The notes under the pieces are model-generated. The model was not told where the DNA came from. It searched no databases and saw only the letters and a program-made list of their open reading frames with translations. Of a DNA stretch of 45,737 nucleotides, positions 5,553 to 16,352 are shown in pieces (position 1 is the stretch's first letter; every line of letters begins with the position of its first letter). The stretch is from Candidatus Aenigmatarchaeota archaeon (lineage in GTDB: Archaea; Aenigmatarchaeota; Aenigmatarchaeia; QMZP01; JAFGSV01), in NCBI GenBank assembly GCA_021163005.1, contig JAGGXP010000023.1, positions 1 to 45,737 of the forward strand, written 5' to 3'. Both the position numbers and the translations under genes were made by a program.

Positions 5553-8500
5553 ATGGTTAGTGATGCAAAGTCCAAAAGCGCAGATATGGTTATGAACTTC
5601 ATCTCACTCTTCAAAGCAATAGAAAAAGAAAAGGGGTGGATGAACTTCCAGATAAATTCTTTCGACAAATTTGTGGATACAGGTCTTCAGAGCATAATAA
5701 ACGAGATAGGCACTGTGGATCTTGTCCCGGAGATGGGCGACGTCAAGCTGTCTTTCGGGAAGGTTGAGGTCGGTGACCCCTACCTGATAGAGGCAGACGG
5801 TTACAAGAGGTCCAAGGCTACCAAGAGTCCGCTTTATCCGAATGAATGCAGAATAAGGAACCTTACATATGCAGCTCCCATATGGGTGAACATAACACCT
5901 ATAGTGAACGGCGTACAGGAAAAGACGGAGAAGGTTCACATAGGCGATCTTCCTGTCATGGTGGGCTCCAAGCTGTGCTCGACATACGGGGTTTCAGAAA
6001 AGGAGCTTGTTGAGGCCGGTGAGGATCCAAGGGATGTCAAGGGATATTTCATTGTCAACGGCACTGAGAGGGCGCTCGTGCTCATAGAGGAAATCGCGGG
6101 GAACAAGCCTGTGTTTGAAAAGGGCGACGATGTCGTGACAGTCAGGGTGAATTCTGAGAGGAGCGGCTTCAAGCAGAGGCACCTCATAGAGAAAAGGCCT
6201 GAAGGGACACTCACGATATCGTTTGCCAACATAAGGCGCCTTTCGATTGTAACGCTTCTGAAAGCGCTTGGCCTGTCAACGGACAAGGACATATGCGACA
6301 ATGTGAGCAGCGACCCAAAAGTGCTCAACGACCTGTATGTTTCTCTTTACGAGTCAGAGCCCATAGACGAGGACGAGGCCATCGACTTCATAGGAAAGAA
6401 GCTCAAGGTCACAGAGGATTACAGAACCGAGAGAGTCAACCAGATACTTGACAGGTACCTGCTTCCGCACATAGGGCAGGAAAAGAAGGACAGGATGGCA
6501 AAGGCCCTTTACCTGGCAAGAATCATGCACAAGGTCATAGCTGTTTCGCAGGGCACAATACCGCAGGACGACATTGACCATTACAGCAACAAGAGGCTGC
6601 TCATGGGGGGCGAACTTCTCTCACAGCTGTTCAGGTCGGTTCTCCTTGGAAGGTGGGGCCTGATAGCAAAGATGACATACAACTACCAGAAGCTCACGAA
6701 GAGAGGACAGCAGCCGTCAGTTCAGGGAATAGTGGAAGCCAATGCTGTCACAAAGCAGATTCTTTCATCACTCGCAACAGGAAACTGGATAGGCGGAAGG
6801 ACAGGAGTCAGCCAGAGGCTTGACAGGAGCTGCTACGTAAAGTCCGTTTCCCACATCAGAAGCGTCGTATCACCGCTCACTACAACGCAGGAACATTTCA
6901 GCGCCAGGGAAATACATCCCACTGAATGGGGCAGGCTCTGCCCGGCAGAAACGCCTGAAGGAAGCTCGATAGGTCTGAGAAAGCACCTTGCCCTGCTGAC
7001 GGAAATAACGCCGGGGCTCACAGATGCTGGCAACGAGGCGCTTCTCAAGGCAGTCAAGGCGGAAATGGAAAAGTGCACCACAAAAGAGGTCAAGCATCCT
7101 TATGATGTCTACTTCAACGGCGACTTCATAGGAAAGACATCAGCTCCCGGAAAGGTTACTGAAAACATAAGGAAAAAGAGAAGGGCAGGGCTCATTAACG
7201 AGCAGCTCAACATATCCAAGCGTGACGAGTTCGCAGAGATAAGGATAAACACGGATACAGGAAGGGCGAGGAGACCGCTGCTTATACTTGAAAACGGGAA
7301 GCACAAGCTCAAGAGCGAGATAGTGCAGAAGATTATGAAAGGTGAGATAGACTCATCATACCTGCTCATACACGGCATAATGGAATATCTTGACGCAGAG
7401 GAGGAAGAGAATGCATATATAGCGCTCAAGCCTGAAAACATAACGCATGAGCACACGCATCTTGAGGTAACACCGTTCGCAATGCTCGGCCTGTCGGCAA
7501 GCCTGATACCCTACCCCGGGTACAACAGGGGCGACAGGATAAATTACGGCGCCAAGATGGTGGGCCAGTCCATAGGCATACCATCCACAAATTACCTTGT
7601 CAGGACAGACACTAAATTCAATACACTTGTTTACCCGGAAGCGCCGCTGATAGACACACACACATCGCAGGTCATGAGTGACTATCCCGGCGGCCAGAAT
7701 GTCGTTGTAGCTGTTATGAGCTGGGATGGGTACAACCTCAACGATGCCATAGTCATGAACAAATCCTCTGTTGAAAGGGGTCTTCTGAGGTCCATATACT
7801 ACAGGACATACGAAACCGAGAAGAAGCGCTACTGGGGCGGCCAGGAGGACGAGATAGGCGTGCCGCAGCCTGGCATCAAGGGTCACAGGGGCGAGGAGGC
7901 GTACAAGGACCTCGGACCGGATGGCATAATAAACCCGGAGACGCCTGTAGGATCAGATTCAGTTCTTGTGGGCAAGACGTCCCCGCTCAGGTTCCTTTCA
8001 GGCGAGGACTTCGCAGCAGGCGTGGAAAACCAGAGGGAGACATCCATAACAGTGAGGCACGGTGAAGGAGGGCTCGCTGACAAGATACTCATCTCAGAAA
8101 GCACGAACGGAAACCACATAATAAAGATAAGAGTCCGTGAGAGAAGAATCCCTGAAATAGGCGACAAATTCGCTTCGAGGCACGGCCAGAAGGGCGTAGT
8201 GAGCCTGATGGTGCCGCACGAAGACATGCCGTTCACGTCAAGGGGAGTGGTTCCTGACATAATATTCAACCCTCACGGCGTTCCCAGCAGGATGACCATG
8301 GGACAGCTGCTTGAGCTCATAGCTGGCAAAACCAAAGCCATGAGCGGCAAGGATATAAAGGGAACGGCATTCGAGCACATGAAGGAGAATGATATAAGGG
8401 ATCTTCTCCTCAAATCCGGCTTCCGCGACGACGGCAAGGAAATACTGTACGACGGAAGGACAGGAAAGGCGTACGAAGTGATGATATTCACAGGCATAAG

Positions 8501-8885
8501 CTTCTACCTCAAGCTGGACCACATGGTTGCCAACAAGATACACGCGAGGTCCCGTGGCCCTGTCACGCTACTCACGAGGCAGCCAACTGAAGGAAGGGCG
8601 AAGAGGGGCGGTCTGAGGCTCGGTGAAATGGAACAGCAGTGCCTTGTTGCGCACGGCTCAGCGCTGACACTTAAGGAGAGATTCGATTCCGACAGGGCCG
8701 TAATACCGTTCTGCAAGGAATGCGGAGTGATAGCAGTTCACGACAAGGCCAACAACAGGAGCTATTGCCCGCTTTGCAAAGACAGCAAGATAAAATGGGT
8801 GGAAACATCCTACGCATTCAAGCTTCTGCTGGACGAGATAATGTCCATGTCGATATATCCAAAACTTGAAATAGGTGATGCATGA
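5553..8885 (+). CDS. rpoB: DNA-directed RNA polymerase subunit B (Rpo2), unsplit
   Basis: GRLCPAETPEG, GDKFASRHGQKG, GGLRLGEME and a C-terminal Zn ribbon; 1110 aa. Confidence 0.98.
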   Translation: MVSDAKSKSADMVMNFISLFKAIEKEKGWMNFQINSFDKFVDTGLQSIINEIGTVDLVPEMGDVKLSFGKVEVGDPYLIEADGYKRSKATKSPLYPNECRIRNLTYAAPIWVNITPIVNGVQEKTEKVHIGDLPVMVGSKLCSTYGVSEKELVEAGEDPRDVKGYFIVNGTERALVLIEEIAGNKPVFEKGDDVVTVRVNSERSGFKQRHLIEKRPEGTLTISFANIRRLSIVTLLKALGLSTDKDICDNVSSDPKVLNDLYVSLYESEPIDEDEAIDFIGKKLKVTEDYRTERVNQILDRYLLPHIGQEKKDRMAKALYLARIMHKVIAVSQGTIPQDDIDHYSNKRLLMGGELLSQLFRSVLLGRWGLIAKMTYNYQKLTKRGQQPSVQGIVEANAVTKQILSSLATGNWIGGRTGVSQRLDRSCYVKSVSHIRSVVSPLTTTQEHFSAREIHPTEWGRLCPAETPEGSSIGLRKHLALLTEITPGLTDAGNEALLKAVKAEMEKCTTKEVKHPYDVYFNGDFIGKTSAPGKVTENIRKKRRAGLINEQLNISKRDEFAEIRINTDTGRARRPLLILENGKHKLKSEIVQKIMKGEIDSSYLLIHGIMEYLDAEEEENAYIALKPENITHEHTHLEVTPFAMLGLSASLIPYPGYNRGDRINYGAKMVGQSIGIPSTNYLVRTDTKFNTLVYPEAPLIDTHTSQVMSDYPGGQNVVVAVMSWDGYNLNDAIVMNKSSVERGLLRSIYYRTYETEKKRYWGGQEDEIGVPQPGIKGHRGEEAYKDLGPDGIINPETPVGSDSVLVGKTSPLRFLSGEDFAAGVENQRETSITVRHGEGGLADKILISESTNGNHIIKIRVRERRIPEIGDKFASRHGQKGVVSLMVPHEDMPFTSRGVVPDIIFNPHGVPSRMTMGQLLELIAGKTKAMSGKDIKGTAFEHMKENDIRDLLLKSGFRDDGKEILYDGRTGKAYEVMIFTGISFYLKLDHMVANKIHARSRGPVTLLTRQPTEGRAKRGGLRLGEMEQQCLVAHGSALTLKERFDSDRAVIPFCKECGVIAVHDKANNRSYCPLCKDSKIKWVETSYAFKLLLDEIMSMSIYPKLEIGDA

Positions 8886-11365
8886 TGGTGTCGAGGATAA
8901 AAGGCATAGAGTTCAAAATGCTTGACCCGGAGATGATAAAGTCATTGGCAGCAGTGAGAATAGTGACTTCAGACCTGTATGATGTCGACGGCTATCCTGT
9001 GGAAGGCGGCGTCATGGACCCGAGACTTGGCGTCATTGACCCCGGCCTTCACTGCAGGACCTGCGGCTCAGGCATAGGAGACTGTCCCGGCCATTTCGGA
9101 TACCTGGAGCTGGCCAAGCCCGTCATAAACATACTTTACACAAAAGCCATATACAAGCTTCTCAAAATAACATGCAGCAAATGCGGAAGGGTTCTTTCGA
9201 AACCCGAGGACAACAAGAAAAGCAAGGATCTCAGCCGCAACCCGCCGGGCAAGTGCCCCTACTGTGGTCAGGAGCAGGGAAAGATAAAGTTCCTCAAGCC
9301 CAATACTTTTTACGAAGACAAGGAAGAGATGTCTCCCGAGCACATCAGGGAATGGTTTGAAAGAATACCTGATGATGATCTCAAGAGGATAAACTTCAAG
9401 GGCGGGAGGCCTGAAAGCATGATACTTACTCTGTTCCCGGTTTCTCCTGTCACGACAAGGCCAAGCATAACACTTGAAAGCGGGGAGAAGTCCGAAGACG
9501 ACCTGACACACAAGCTCGTGGACATCGTCAGGATAAACCAGTCGCTGAGGGAGAACATGGACATAGGCGCCCCCGACTTCATAATCAACGACCTGTGGGA
9601 GCTTCTCCAGTACCATGTAACCACATACTTCGACAACGAGCTCACGGGAATACCGCAGGCAAGGCACAGGAGCGGGAGGCCTCTCAAAGGCATGATACAA
9701 AGGATGAAAGGCAAGGAAGGCAGGATAAGGGGCAACCTTCTCGGCAAGAGGGTGAACTTCTCTGCCAGGACTGTCATATCCCCCGACCCGAGGATATCGA
9801 TAAACGAGGTCGGCGTTCCTGATATTGTCGCAAAGGAACTCACGATAGAGGTTCCTGTCACGAAGCTCAGCATGAACGAGGTCAAGGAAGCCATAAAAAG
9901 GGACAGGGCTAACTACGCGAAGAGACCTGACGGCAGGAGAATAAAGATTTCGTCTGAAAACAAGGAAGAGATACTCGAAAACATAGCAGAAGGGTGGGTG
10001 ATTGACAGGCAGCTCAAGGACGGTGACATGGTGCTTTTCAACAGGCAGCCGTCTCTTCACAGACCGTCAATAATGGCTCATAAGGTAAGGGTCATGCCCC
10101 ACAAGACCTTCAGGATATCGCCTCAGGTGTGCCCGCCGTACAACGCAGACTTCGACGGCGATGAGATGAACCTTCATGCCCTCCAGACAGAGGAAGCCAG
10201 AGTTGAGGCTGCTGAGCTGATAAATGTAAAGAACAATCTCATATCGCCGAGATTCGGCGGTCCGCTGATAGGGCTTGACCTCGACCAGATATCCGGTGTT
10301 TACCTTCTTACGCGCTCGAAAAAGAAGTTCAACAGGAAAGAAACGAGTGCCATTCTGAGCAAAGCGGGTATAAAGATTGACCTGCCCGACGGCGTGGCCG
10401 AGTTCACAGGAAAGGAGATATTCAGCCTGCTCCTGCCAAAGGAACTCAACATGGAGTTCAAGTCCACATCCTGCAGGCAGTGCGACAGCTGCATAAAAGA
10501 GAAATGCGAATACGACTCATGGGTGAAGATAAAGAACGGAAAGCTGCTCACAGGTACAATAGACGCGGCAGCTGTTGGCGCATTCAAGGGCAAGATAATA
10601 AGCAGGATGCACGGCCTTGTCGATACAGACACCATCAGGAAATTCATAGACAATGCAGGAAGGCTGGGAGTCGCCTTCATGGGGCAGCGCGGATTCTCAA
10701 TAGGCATATCAGACCTTGACCTCAAGGACGACATAATGGAGCAGATAGGCAAAAGGATAGTGAAGGCCGAAAAGGAATCGAACGCGCTTATTGAGAAGTA
10801 CAACAACAAGGAGCTCGAGATTCTGCCCGGCATGACGGCATCGGAATCGCTTGAGACCCGCATACTCAACGTGCTCGCTGAAGGGCTGAACTCAACATCC
10901 GAGATAGTGAAGGAGCACGTCAAGGACAGCGACTTCATAGTCATGGTAAACTCAGGTTCAAAGGGCTCGCTTGTAAACCTCACACAGATGGCAGCGTGCG
11001 TCGGGCAGGAAGCCATACTTGGACAGAGGATAAAGAGAGGCTACTACAACAGAACGCTGCCGCACTTCAGGCAGGGTGACCTTTCAGCAGCAGGACACGG
11101 GTTCGTCAGAAAGGGGTTCAAGCAGGAACTCAGCCCGACAGAGCTGTTCTGGAACATAATGAACGGCCGTGAGGGACTCATGGACAAGTCACTGAGGACA
11201 AGGAAAAGCGGTTACATGCAGAGAAGGCTTGTCAACGCGCTTCAGGACCTTCGCGTGACCCCGAGCCTCGCTGTCAAGAACTCGAACGGTCACATAATAC
11301 AGTTCGTTGCGGGTGAGGACGGTGTGGACCCGTCAAAGTCCGAATGGGGGGATGTGCATGAATGA
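8882..11365 (+). CDS. rpoA1: DNA-directed RNA polymerase subunit A' (Rpo1N)
   Basis: [11 protein letters not shown] catalytic motif, [14 protein letters not shown]. Confidence 0.98.
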   Translation: MMVSRIKGIEFKMLDPEMIKSLAAVRIVTSDLYDVDGYPVEGGVMDPRLGVIDPGLHCRTCGSGIGDCPGHFGYLELAKPVINILYTKAIYKLLKITCSKCGRVLSKPEDNKKSKDLSRNPPGKCPYCGQEQGKIKFLKPNTFYEDKEEMSPEHIREWFERIPDDDLKRINFKGGRPESMILTLFPVSPVTTRPSITLESGEKSEDDLTHKLVDIVRINQSLRENMDIGAPDFIINDLWELLQYHVTTYFDNELTGIPQARHRSGRPLKGMIQRMKGKEGRIRGNLLGKRVNFSARTVISPDPRISINEVGVPDIVAKELTIEVPVTKLSMNEVKEAIKRDRANYAKRPDGRRIKISSENKEEILENIAEGWVIDRQLKDGDMVLFNRQPSLHRPSIMAHKVRVMPHKTFRISPQVCPPYNADFDGDEMNLHALQTEEARVEAAELINVKNNLISPRFGGPLIGLDLDQISGVYLLTRSKKKFNRKETSAILSKAGIKIDLPDGVAEFTGKEIFSLLLPKELNMEFKSTSCRQCDSCIKEKCEYDSWVKIKNGKLLTGTIDAAAVGAFKGKIISRMHGLVDTDTIRKFIDNAGRLGVAFMGQRGFSIGISDLDLKDDIMEQIGKRIVKAEKESNALIEKYNNKELEILPGMTASESLETRILNVLAEGLNSTSEIVKEHVKDSDFIVMVNSGSKGSLVNLTQMAACVGQEAILGQRIKRGYYNRTLPHFRQGDLSAAGHGFVRKGFKQELSPTELFWNIMNGREGLMDKSLRTRKSGYMQRRLVNALQDLRVTPSLAVKNSNGHIIQFVAGEDGVDPSKSEWGDVHE

Positions 11366-12530
11366 ACAGATAAGCAAGACAAAACACCTCTACAGTCCGG
11401 AAGAGGCCATAGGCGTCATAGCGGCGCAGTCGCTGTCAGAGCCGGCAACGCAGATGACGATGCGTACATACCACTTCGCAGGCACTGCAGGCATACAGGT
11501 CACGCTGGGACTTCCGAGGATAATAGAAATATTTGATGCCAGGAAGGAGCTTGCAACGCCGACAATGGAGGTTTACCTCACAAAGGATTATCAGAGTGCC
11601 GGGAAGGCGAAAAAGGTTGCCGAAAACATAAAGCAGGTCAAGCTCAGGGACCTCGTTGTTTCGGATGTCATAGACCTCACGAATCTTGAGATAATAGCCA
11701 AGCTCGATTCCAAGATGATGAAAGATCTTGAACTGGACATTGAGAAAGTCAAGAAGGCCATAAAGCTCAAGAAAGTCAAAGTCGAAGGCGAGGGAAGCGA
11801 GCTGAGGGTGGCGAGCACCACCATTGACGTGAAAAACCTGCACAAGCTGAAGTACAAGCTCATGGAGCTTCACATAAAGGGCATAAAGGGTGTCTCGCAG
11901 GTCATCGTCAACAAGGACCGTGGAGAGTGGGTCATAAACACGCTCGGCTCGAACCTCAAGAAGGTGCTGAAAATAGAGGGTGTGGACCCATACAGAACGA
12001 AATGCAACAACATGTTTGAGATGCTGGATGTATTCGGAGTGGAAGCTGCAAGGAACACCATCATAGAGCAGGCGAAATACACGCTGGATGAGCAGGGCCT
12101 CAACGTGGACATAAGATACATAATGCTTCTCGCGGACCTCATGACGTTCACCGGAGAGATAAAGGCCATAGGCCGTTACGGAATAGCCGGTGAGAAGAAG
12201 TCCATACTCGCAAGGGCGGCCTTCGAGGAGACAAAGAAGCACCTCATTTCAGCTTCAATAAGAAACGACAGGGACGAGCTTTCTGGCATAGTGGAGAACA
12301 TAATGATGAACCAGGTCATACCGGCAGGTACAGGCTCATTCGACCTTGTTGGGCACATACCGAAGGAGCCAATGGCTGCAGCGAAACCTGAAACCAGCAA
12401 GCCGAAAAAATCCGCGGAGAAAGAATCCAAGAAGGTGGCGAAGCCCAAAGCCGTGAAAGCTGAGAAAAAGGTTCCTGCGAAGAAGGCAGCAAAAGCTAAG
12501 AAAACCGCTCCCAAAAAGACGAAGAAGTGA
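11358..12530 (+). CDS. rpoA2: DNA-directed RNA polymerase subunit A'' (Rpo1C) with Lys/Ala-rich C-terminal tail
   Basis: [40 protein letters not shown] at 11358 overlaps the end of rpoA1. Confidence 0.96.
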   Translation: MNEQISKTKHLYSPEEAIGVIAAQSLSEPATQMTMRTYHFAGTAGIQVTLGLPRIIEIFDARKELATPTMEVYLTKDYQSAGKAKKVAENIKQVKLRDLVVSDVIDLTNLEIIAKLDSKMMKDLELDIEKVKKAIKLKKVKVEGEGSELRVASTTIDVKNLHKLKYKLMELHIKGIKGVSQVIVNKDRGEWVINTLGSNLKKVLKIEGVDPYRTKCNNMFEMLDVFGVEAARNTIIEQAKYTLDEQGLNVDIRYIMLLADLMTFTGEIKAIGRYGIAGEKKSILARAAFEETKKHLISASIRNDRDELSGIVENIMMNQVIPAGTGSFDLVGHIPKEPMAAAKPETSKPKKSAEKESKKVAKPKAVKAEKKVPAKKAAKAKKTAPKKTKK

Positions 12531-13373
12531 TTATTTCCTGAACGCCAGCAGAGTCTCCTTTATGACTTCCGCGGCGAGGAGCGATGTCATGCCGGCTTCA
12601 TCATGGGGCGGGCATGTCTCCACGACATCAAAACCGACAACCTCCAATGTGCCAGAAAGCTTTTTTATCAGTTCCGCGTATTCCGTGAATGACAGGCCGC
12701 CGGGCGCGGGCGTCGAGACGCCGGGCGCAATCGCCGGGTCGAAGACGTCCATGTCAACGGTCAGGTAGACCGGCCCCTTTATACTGTATTTGAGCAGGTT
12801 TTCAGGAGTTTTTATGAAAGTGTTCTTCTTTGCGTATTCCCTCTCATCAGGGTCGTAGGAGCGCGCCCCGGTCTGTATTACCCTTCCCTTTCCGAGAATC
12901 TCGGAAATCCTGCGCATGACCGTGACGTGTGAATATTTGTTCCCAAGATACTCGTCCTTGAGGTCAAGGTGGGCATCGAACTGCAGCACATGCAGCTTTG
13001 GATGCTCCTTCAGCAGCGCCTTCACTACGGGCAGTGTGATTATGTGCTCCCCGCCCACTACGACGGGGAACTTCTGCCCGATGTCCTTTATTGTCGCTTC
13101 CAGCCGCTCCAGCGTCCTGTCCGTGTCTCCTGGAACAGTTATGAGGTTGCCGTAATCAAGCATCTTCAGGTCGGCAAGGTCCTTCTTTGAGTACCTGCTG
13201 TATGTCTCGAGGTTGTAGGACATCTTCCTTATCTCGTTTGGAGCTTCCCTGCTGCCGGTCCTGCCGGTACTGGTTCCGTCAAAGGGGACGCCGAGAAAGA
13301 CCACCTCGGCAGAGCTCAAACCGTAGTTGTTCCCCCAGAATTCCAGCGGATTCTCGACGTAAAGCTCGTCCAT
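12531..13373 (-). CDS. speB: agmatinase (ureohydrolase family)
   Basis: GVPFDGT, GGEHIIT, FDAHLD and DMDVFDP motifs; ATG start chosen at MDELY. Confidence 0.92.
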   Translation of the reverse strand: MDELYVENPLEFWGNNYGLSSAEVVFLGVPFDGTSTGRTGSREAPNEIRKMSYNLETYSRYSKKDLADLKMLDYGNLITVPGDTDRTLERLEATIKDIGQKFPVVVGGEHIITLPVVKALLKEHPKLHVLQFDAHLDLKDEYLGNKYSHVTVMRRISEILGKGRVIQTGARSYDPDEREYAKKNTFIKTPENLLKYSIKGPVYLTVDMDVFDPAIAPGVSTPAPGGLSFTEYAELIKKLSGTLEVVGFDVVETCPPHDEAGMTSLLAAEVIKETLLAFRK

Positions 13374-13469
13374 ACTACTAAGAGCGCCGGCGGATTTAAA
13401 AAAAGCCATTCAAGGCAAATATTTATAAGTATGCCTACAACTATTAGTTAATCTGTTAACGGTGGGTAT

Positions 13470-14018
13470 ATGCCTGAATATGAAATCGAAATACCGGAGG
13501 GGGTCGAGGTTTCCTCAGACGGGCCTGTGTTCAAATTCGCCGGCCCCAAGGGAGAGCTCAGCCGGGAATTCATGCATCCCAGGATAAAGATTGAGAAGAA
13601 GGGCGGGAAACTCGTGATAAAGTCCGAAGACGAGCGCAAGAACGTCAAGGCCGTGATGGGAACGTGGAGGGCCCACATGAACAACATGGTTACAGGCGTG
13701 ACAAAGGGGTGGACCGCATCGCTTAAGCTCGTCTACGCCCATTTTCCGGTAAAGCTTGAGCAGAAGGACGGGAAGCTCGTAATCAAGAACTTCATCGGCT
13801 CGAGGTCTGACAGGCAGGCTGAGGTGCTCGAAGGTGTCGAAATGAAGATTAACGGCGATGTAATCACGCTTTCGGGCATTGACAAGGAAAAGGTCGGGCA
13901 GAGCGCCGCCAACATAGAGCACGCAACGCATGTGAAAGGATACGACAGAAGGGTGTTCCAGGACGGCATATACCTTACCAAAAAAACATCACCGGCGGAG
14001 GATGGACAAAATGACTGA
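13470..14018 (+). CDS. rpl6: 50S ribosomal protein uL6
   Basis: GPKGEL, VYAHFP, GQSAANIE, DRRVFQDGIY. Confidence 0.97.
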   Translation: MPEYEIEIPEGVEVSSDGPVFKFAGPKGELSREFMHPRIKIEKKGGKLVIKSEDERKNVKAVMGTWRAHMNNMVTGVTKGWTASLKLVYAHFPVKLEQKDGKLVIKNFIGSRSDRQAEVLEGVEMKINGDVITLSGIDKEKVGQSAANIEHATHVKGYDRRVFQDGIYLTKKTSPAEDGQND

Positions 14019-14415
14019 AGGCATAATATCAAGGCTTCTTAAGCTCAGGAAAAAGAAAAAAGCGAAGAAGCCGAGCTTCAGAAGGCAGGAAGGCAACAAA
14101 TACAAGAGGCTCAAAGAGACATGGAGAAGGCCGAGGGGCAGGCACTCGAAGCTCAGAAAGGGCAAAAAATCCAGGGGCAAGAAGCCGTCAGCCGGCTACA
14201 GTTCTCCCAAAGCCGTGAGGGGACTCACGTCGAGAGGCCTCGAGCTTGTTTATGTTTCAAATGTGAACGACCTCAAAGCGGTGGATCCGAAAAGGCAGGA
14301 GGCCGTGATAAGGTCAGCTGTGGGCAGAAAAAAGAGGCTTGAGATAGCAAAAGAGGCAGAAAACCTTGGCATAACCGTGCAGAATGCCTACAGGGTAAAG
14401 GTTCGGGGTGCTTAG
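14011..14415 (+). CDS. rpl32e: 50S ribosomal protein eL32
   Basis: KKPSFRRQE...WRRPRGRHSKLR...GYSSPKAVRGL; RBS GGAGGA favours ATG 14011. Confidence 0.96.
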   Translation: MTEGIISRLLKLRKKKKAKKPSFRRQEGNKYKRLKETWRRPRGRHSKLRKGKKSRGKKPSAGYSSPKAVRGLTSRGLELVYVSNVNDLKAVDPKRQEAVIRSAVGRKKRLEIAKEAENLGITVQNAYRVKVRGA

Positions 14416-14416
14416 C

Positions 14417-14572
14417 ATGCTGTTCAGCGGACGGTGCCACGTATGCGGAACGCAGGGAAAGCTGTGGAACAAGAAGCCGGAGATATGGCAGTGCCCGAAC
14501 TGCAAAAGCGTTTTCTCGAAATTCGGCCTGGTAGTGGAAACAGATGCCGAACAGGAAGACTTCTGGAGCTAA
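14417..14572 (+). CDS. 51-aa zinc-ribbon microprotein (not in ORF track)
   Basis: MLFSGRCHVCGTQGKLWNKKPEIWQCPNCKSVFSKFGLVVETDAEQEDFWS, with two CxxC. RBS GGGGTG at 14405-14410; starts 1 nt after the rpl32e stop. Confidence 0.75.
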   Translation: MLFSGRCHVCGTQGKLWNKKPEIWQCPNCKSVFSKFGLVVETDAEQEDFWS

Positions 14573-16239
14573 ACAGCAGAAACCGGAACCCTGTGCACAT
14601 CCTTTACGGCCCTTCCAGACGGGTCGGCAAATCCTTTGAAATTCTCGCTCCACTTATAGGCAGTGGACGTTGAGCACGCTATTGTAGGTCCTGTCGGAAC
14701 AGTTGTGGCTGCGTCCGGAGACGTGAAAATGCTGTCAAAGATGGACCTGTAAAGGTATTCCTCTTTCGACAGCGGGGTCCGCACAGGGAAGCGCTCCTTT
14801 GCAGAGGCCATCATAGCGTCTGTCACCTTGCTTCCGGCATAATGCTTAAGATAGTCTATCCACCCATATCCGACGCCGTCTGAAAACTGCTCCTTCTGCC
14901 TGTACAGTATTTCATCCGGGATGTAGCCCCTGAATGCCTTTCTCAGTATCTCCTTTTCAATTCTACCGCTTCCGCACATCTTCTGGGCGGGATCCATGGA
15001 CATCGCGACATCGAGGAAGAACCTGTCAAGGAAAGGCACACGGGCCTCGACACCCCATGCCGCCATGGCCTTGTTTGCCCTGAGGCAGTCGTATTTGCTT
15101 AGCAGCGAAAGCTTCCTGACGGTTTCCCTGTGGAACTCCTCCCTGCCAGGCGCCATGTGAAAGTACAAATACCCTCCAAAGACTTCGTCCGCCCCCTCGC
15201 CTGAGAGTATCATCTTTATGCCCATGGACCTTATTTTCCTTGCCATGAGGTACATTGGCGTTCCGGCGCGGATTGTAGTGACATCAAATGTTTCCAGATG
15301 ATATATGACATCCCTTATGGCATCAAATCCCTCCTGAATCGTAAATGTTATCTCATGGTGCACTGTGCCGAGATAGTCTGCGACCCTGCGGGCATACTTA
15401 AGGTCCGGCGACCCTTTCAGTCCCACGGAAAAGGAATGAAGGCGGGGCCACCACGCCTCTTCGGTGTCTCCTGATTCAACGCGTTTTTTCCTGTATTTGG
15501 ATGCTATGGCCGCTATTATCGACGAGTCAAGCCCTCCTGAAATGAGAACGCCGTAAGGCACGTCGGACATCATCTGGGATTTGACGGCATCTTCCAGTGC
15601 CTTCCTCAGCTCGGCAGCGCTGACCCTCCTGCCCGGAACAGTCCGAATCCATGCAGGCCTGTACCACTTCTGCGGTCTTGTCATGCCTCTTTTCAGGTAA
15701 TGCCCGGGAGGGAACTCCTTTATGCGCGGGCAGAAGCTGTCAAGAGCTTTCATCTCGCTGGCTATGTACAGAGTCCCCTTCTCATCCCATCCCATGTAAA
15801 GTGGGACTATGCCTATGTGGTCCCTTGCGATGAAATAATCCCCTGAGTTGCTGTCGTATATGACAAAGGCGAATATGCCGTCAAGCTTGCCGAGGAACGC
15901 ATGTCCGTATTCATCGTAAAGGTATAGCAGGACTTCACAGTCCGACCGCGTCTGCCAGTCGTGCTTCTTCTTCAGCATTTTCCTGAGGTGTGTGTGGTTG
16001 TATATCTCCCCGTTTGCGACAAGCACGCGCCCGGTTTTCCTGTCATGAAGCGGCTGGGAACCTGTCTCCACGTCAACGATGGAAAGCCGCTCGTGGGCGA
16101 GTATGCACCTGTCGTCGGCGTATATGCCGCTCCAGTCAGGACCCCGGTGGCGCACCTTTGATGCCATTTCGAGAGCGACAGCCCTGCGCGAAGAAATTCC
16201 GCCATCCCTGTCTGAGCAAATGCCAACTATTCCGCACAT
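14569..16239 (-). CDS. asnB: asparagine synthetase B (glutamine-hydrolysing)
   Basis: N-terminal MCGI (Ntn Cys), HRGPD, NGEIYN, SGGLDSS, SGEGADE. Confidence 0.96.
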   Translation of the reverse strand: MCGIVGICSDRDGGISSRRAVALEMASKVRHRGPDWSGIYADDRCILAHERLSIVDVETGSQPLHDRKTGRVLVANGEIYNHTHLRKMLKKKHDWQTRSDCEVLLYLYDEYGHAFLGKLDGIFAFVIYDSNSGDYFIARDHIGIVPLYMGWDEKGTLYIASEMKALDSFCPRIKEFPPGHYLKRGMTRPQKWYRPAWIRTVPGRRVSAAELRKALEDAVKSQMMSDVPYGVLISGGLDSSIIAAIASKYRKKRVESGDTEEAWWPRLHSFSVGLKGSPDLKYARRVADYLGTVHHEITFTIQEGFDAIRDVIYHLETFDVTTIRAGTPMYLMARKIRSMGIKMILSGEGADEVFGGYLYFHMAPGREEFHRETVRKLSLLSKYDCLRANKAMAAWGVEARVPFLDRFFLDVAMSMDPAQKMCGSGRIEKEILRKAFRGYIPDEILYRQKEQFSDGVGYGWIDYLKHYAGSKVTDAMMASAKERFPVRTPLSKEEYLYRSIFDSIFTSPDAATTVPTGPTIACSTSTAYKWSENFKGFADPSGRAVKDVHRVPVSAV

Positions 16240-16335
16240 TATAATCACTGGTTTTGTTTAGTGGCTTGCTTTTATTAAAAATAATCCCTAATTTAAGGTA
16301 AAATATACAAAAAATAGTTAATTATTTTAATCTAT

Positions 16336-16351
16336 TGGAACAAATGTTCCA
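16336..16351. promoter_or_regulatory. inverted repeat TGGAACA-AA-TGTTCCA, candidate operator
   Basis: Perfect 7-bp arms immediately before the Lrp/AsnC start, in the divergent asnB intergenic region. Confidence 0.45.
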
Positions 16352-16352
16352 T

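Noticed and set aside
11307-11357. Longer rpoA2 start given in the ORF track
   Set aside because: It lies within rpoA1 coding sequence and the extension is not Rpo1C-like. ATG 11358, with a G-rich RBS, fits better.
9068-12242. Long antisense ORFs opposite rpoA1/rpoA2 (similar ones lie opposite glmU, polB and gap)
   Set aside because: Shadow frames of strongly conserved genes, expected from codon bias; no motifs.
14434-14673. 79-aa ORF after rpl32e in the ORF track
   Set aside because: It overlaps asnB by about 100 nt. The alternative frame 14417-14572 has an RBS, two CxxC motifs and a clean fit.
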